Shown one piece after another: positions 7,905 through 8,853 of a stretch of 8,853 bases of DNA (its first letter is position 1; the number at the start of each line of letters is the position of its first letter). This stretch comes from an uncultured Polyangiaceae bacterium. GTDB lineage: Bacteria; Myxococcota_A; Polyangia; Polyangiales; Polyangiaceae. Under the pieces are notes generated by a model that searched no databases, was not told where the DNA came from, and worked only from the letters and a program-made list of their open reading frames with translations. The position numbers and the translations under genes were made by a program. The stretch spans positions 1 through 8,853 of the forward strand of contig CAZSVU010000190.1 in assembly GCA_964610275.1 (NCBI GenBank), given 5' to 3'.

Positions 7905-8853
7905 ATGAAAGACTTGATAAAGGCATTGGGCAGCCTCGCGCTTGCAGGCGCGTTGCTGGGAATCGGTTGCGGCGACAGCGGGTCGTCAGGCGATGACGAC
8001 GGCGGCGACGGCGGCGCAACGAGCATGGGCGGGTACGTTGGGTCGCTCGGAGGAGGATCCAGCACTACCGGTGGATCGACCGGCGATGCGGGCTCTGACA
8101 CCGGCTCGGGCGGCTCTGACACCGGCTCGGGTGGCTCTGACACCGGCTCGGGTGGCTCTGACACCGGCTCGGGCGGTGATGACACCGGCTCGGGTGGTGA
8201 TGACACCGGAGCTGGCGGCGCGACCGCGGACGAGTGCCCGGCCACACAGCCCGACGACGGGGACGCTTGCGACGCAATGGCCCTCCTCGGAACGACCTGC
8301 GACTACGGGAACACCTCCTGCACCTGTGACTTCGCCATGGGTGGCGGCACCTGGAACTGCGGAGGCGACACGGGAACCGGCGGCGCCGGCGGCGCAGGGG
8401 GCGATGTGTGCCCGGCCAACGAGCCCGACGACGGTGACGCGTGCACCTTCGCCGAGATGGGCACCACCTGCAGCTACGGCAACACGGACTGCACCTGCGA
8501 AAACACCGGCGGCTTCAACCTCGCCTGGAACTGCGGCGGCGCCACCGGAACAGGAGGTTCGGCCGGCGGCGGCAGCACTGACGCGTGCCCGGCCAACGAG
8601 CCCGACGACGGCGACTCCTGCGATATGGCTACGGTCGGTGGAGAGACCTGCACCTACGGTGGCACGACCTGCACCTGCGAATGGCAGGGCGGAGGTACGT
8701 GGAACTGCACCGGCGACACGGGGACTGGCGGCTCGGCGGGTGGCGGTAGCACCGATGCGTGTCCGGCCAACGAACCCACCGACGGCGGCTCGTGCGACAT
8801 GGCTACGGTCGGTGGAGAGACCTGCACCTACGGTGGCACGACCTGCACCTGCG
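7905..8853 (+). CDS. Partial CDS (316 codons; continues past the window end): lipoprotein with an acidic Gly/Ser/Asp linker and at least four tandem ~58-aa six-cysteine modules
   Basis: It is absent from the ORF track because there is no stop within the window. The frame is open from ATG 7905 to the window end: MKDLIKALGSLALAGALLGIGCGDSGSSGDDDGGDGG... The lipobox-like motif is LGIGC (Cys22). GGTGGAGG lies at 7887..7894, 10 nt upstream of the ATG. The module is CP-A-x-x-P-x-DG-x-x-C-x(5,6)-G-x-TC-x-YG-x-T-x-CTC-x(5,9)-WNC, joined by Gly-rich linkers. Third codon positions are G/C-rich. Confidence 0.85.
   Translation, partial: MKDLIKALGSLALAGALLGIGCGDSGSSGDDDGGDGGATSMGGYVGSLGGGSSTTGGSTGDAGSDTGSGGSDTGSGGSDTGSGGSDTGSGGDDTGSGGDDTGAGGATADECPATQPDDGDACDAMALLGTTCDYGNTSCTCDFAMGGGTWNCGGDTGTGGAGGAGGDVCPANEPDDGDACTFAEMGTTCSYGNTDCTCENTGGFNLAWNCGGATGTGGSAGGGSTDACPANEPDDGDSCDMATVGGETCTYGGTTCTCEWQGGGTWNCTGDTGTGGSAGGGSTDACPANEPTDGGSCDMATVGGETCTYGGTTCTC
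8091..8216 (+). repeat. Six tandem copies of a 21-bp unit (ggctctgacaccggctcgggY), in frame, encoding the heptad GSDTGSG x4 followed by two GD-variant heptads (GDDTGSG, GDDTGAG)
   Basis: The units lie at 8091-8111, 8112-8132, 8133-8153, 8154-8174, 8175-8195 and 8196-8216. The first four are nearly identical and the last two are diverged (ggtgat...). Confidence 0.95.
8235..8853 (+). repeat. At least four tandem coding repeats with a 174-177 bp period (the six-Cys module)
   Basis: The module first-Cys codons are at 8235, 8409, 8586 and 8760. Modules 3 and 4 are nearly identical over ...atggctacggtcggtggagagacctgcacctacggtggcacgacctgcacctgcg, which points to recent duplication or gene conversion. 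Confidence 0.85.

Noticed and set aside
7883-8277. The PEPVS-repeat 120-aa ORF (7883..8245 -) and the 70-aa ORF (8065..8277 -).
   Set aside because: These are antisense readings of the 21-bp tandem repeat inside the plus-strand lipoprotein gene. That gene has a proper signal peptide, a lipobox and Cys modules.
8091-8853. Regularly spaced repeats considered as a possible CRISPR array.
   Set aside because: The units are contiguous or in-frame coding repeats within an open reading frame. There is no repeat-spacer alternation with unique spacers and no cas genes.

Overview
This is a very GC-rich window (roughly 70% by eye) with strong G/C bias at third codon positions. The style suggests a large myxobacterial-type genome; that is inference, with no marker gene present. 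I support five protein-coding genes. Two of them run off the window edges and are therefore missing from the supplied ORF track.

The centrepiece is one uninterrupted 1619-codon gene (1492..6351, +). It fuses a Hanks-type Ser/Thr kinase, a STAND/AAA_16-like P-loop NTPase, a long TPR-like helical region, a GAF domain, a complete sigma-54 activator AAA+ core with an intact GAFTGA loop, and a Fis-type HTH.

All four flanking genes encode predicted lipoproteins:
- 1..420 (-): a YfbK/vWA-type N-terminus.
- 570..1307 (-): a predicted beta-sandwich protein.
- 6403..7314 (-): a six-fold Cys/Asp-rich DxDxDG repeat protein.
- 7905..>8853 (+): a protein with a 21-bp tandem-repeat linker and at least four copies of a 58-aa six-Cys module.

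The most interesting signal is non-coding. Consensus -24/-12 sigma-54 promoters lie upstream of the minus-strand lipoprotein genes. Two tandem matches to the TGGCAY-N5-TTGCW core sit at 7373..7388 and 7560..7575, a 15/16 match sits at 449..464, and a weaker one sits at 1322..1337. This suggests a compact local sigma-54 regulon controlled by the adjacent kinase-STAND-GAF enhancer-binding protein.

I saw no rRNA, tRNA, CRISPR array, transposase or IS ends. Most other ORFs in the track are off-frame or antisense shadows typical of high-GC DNA.
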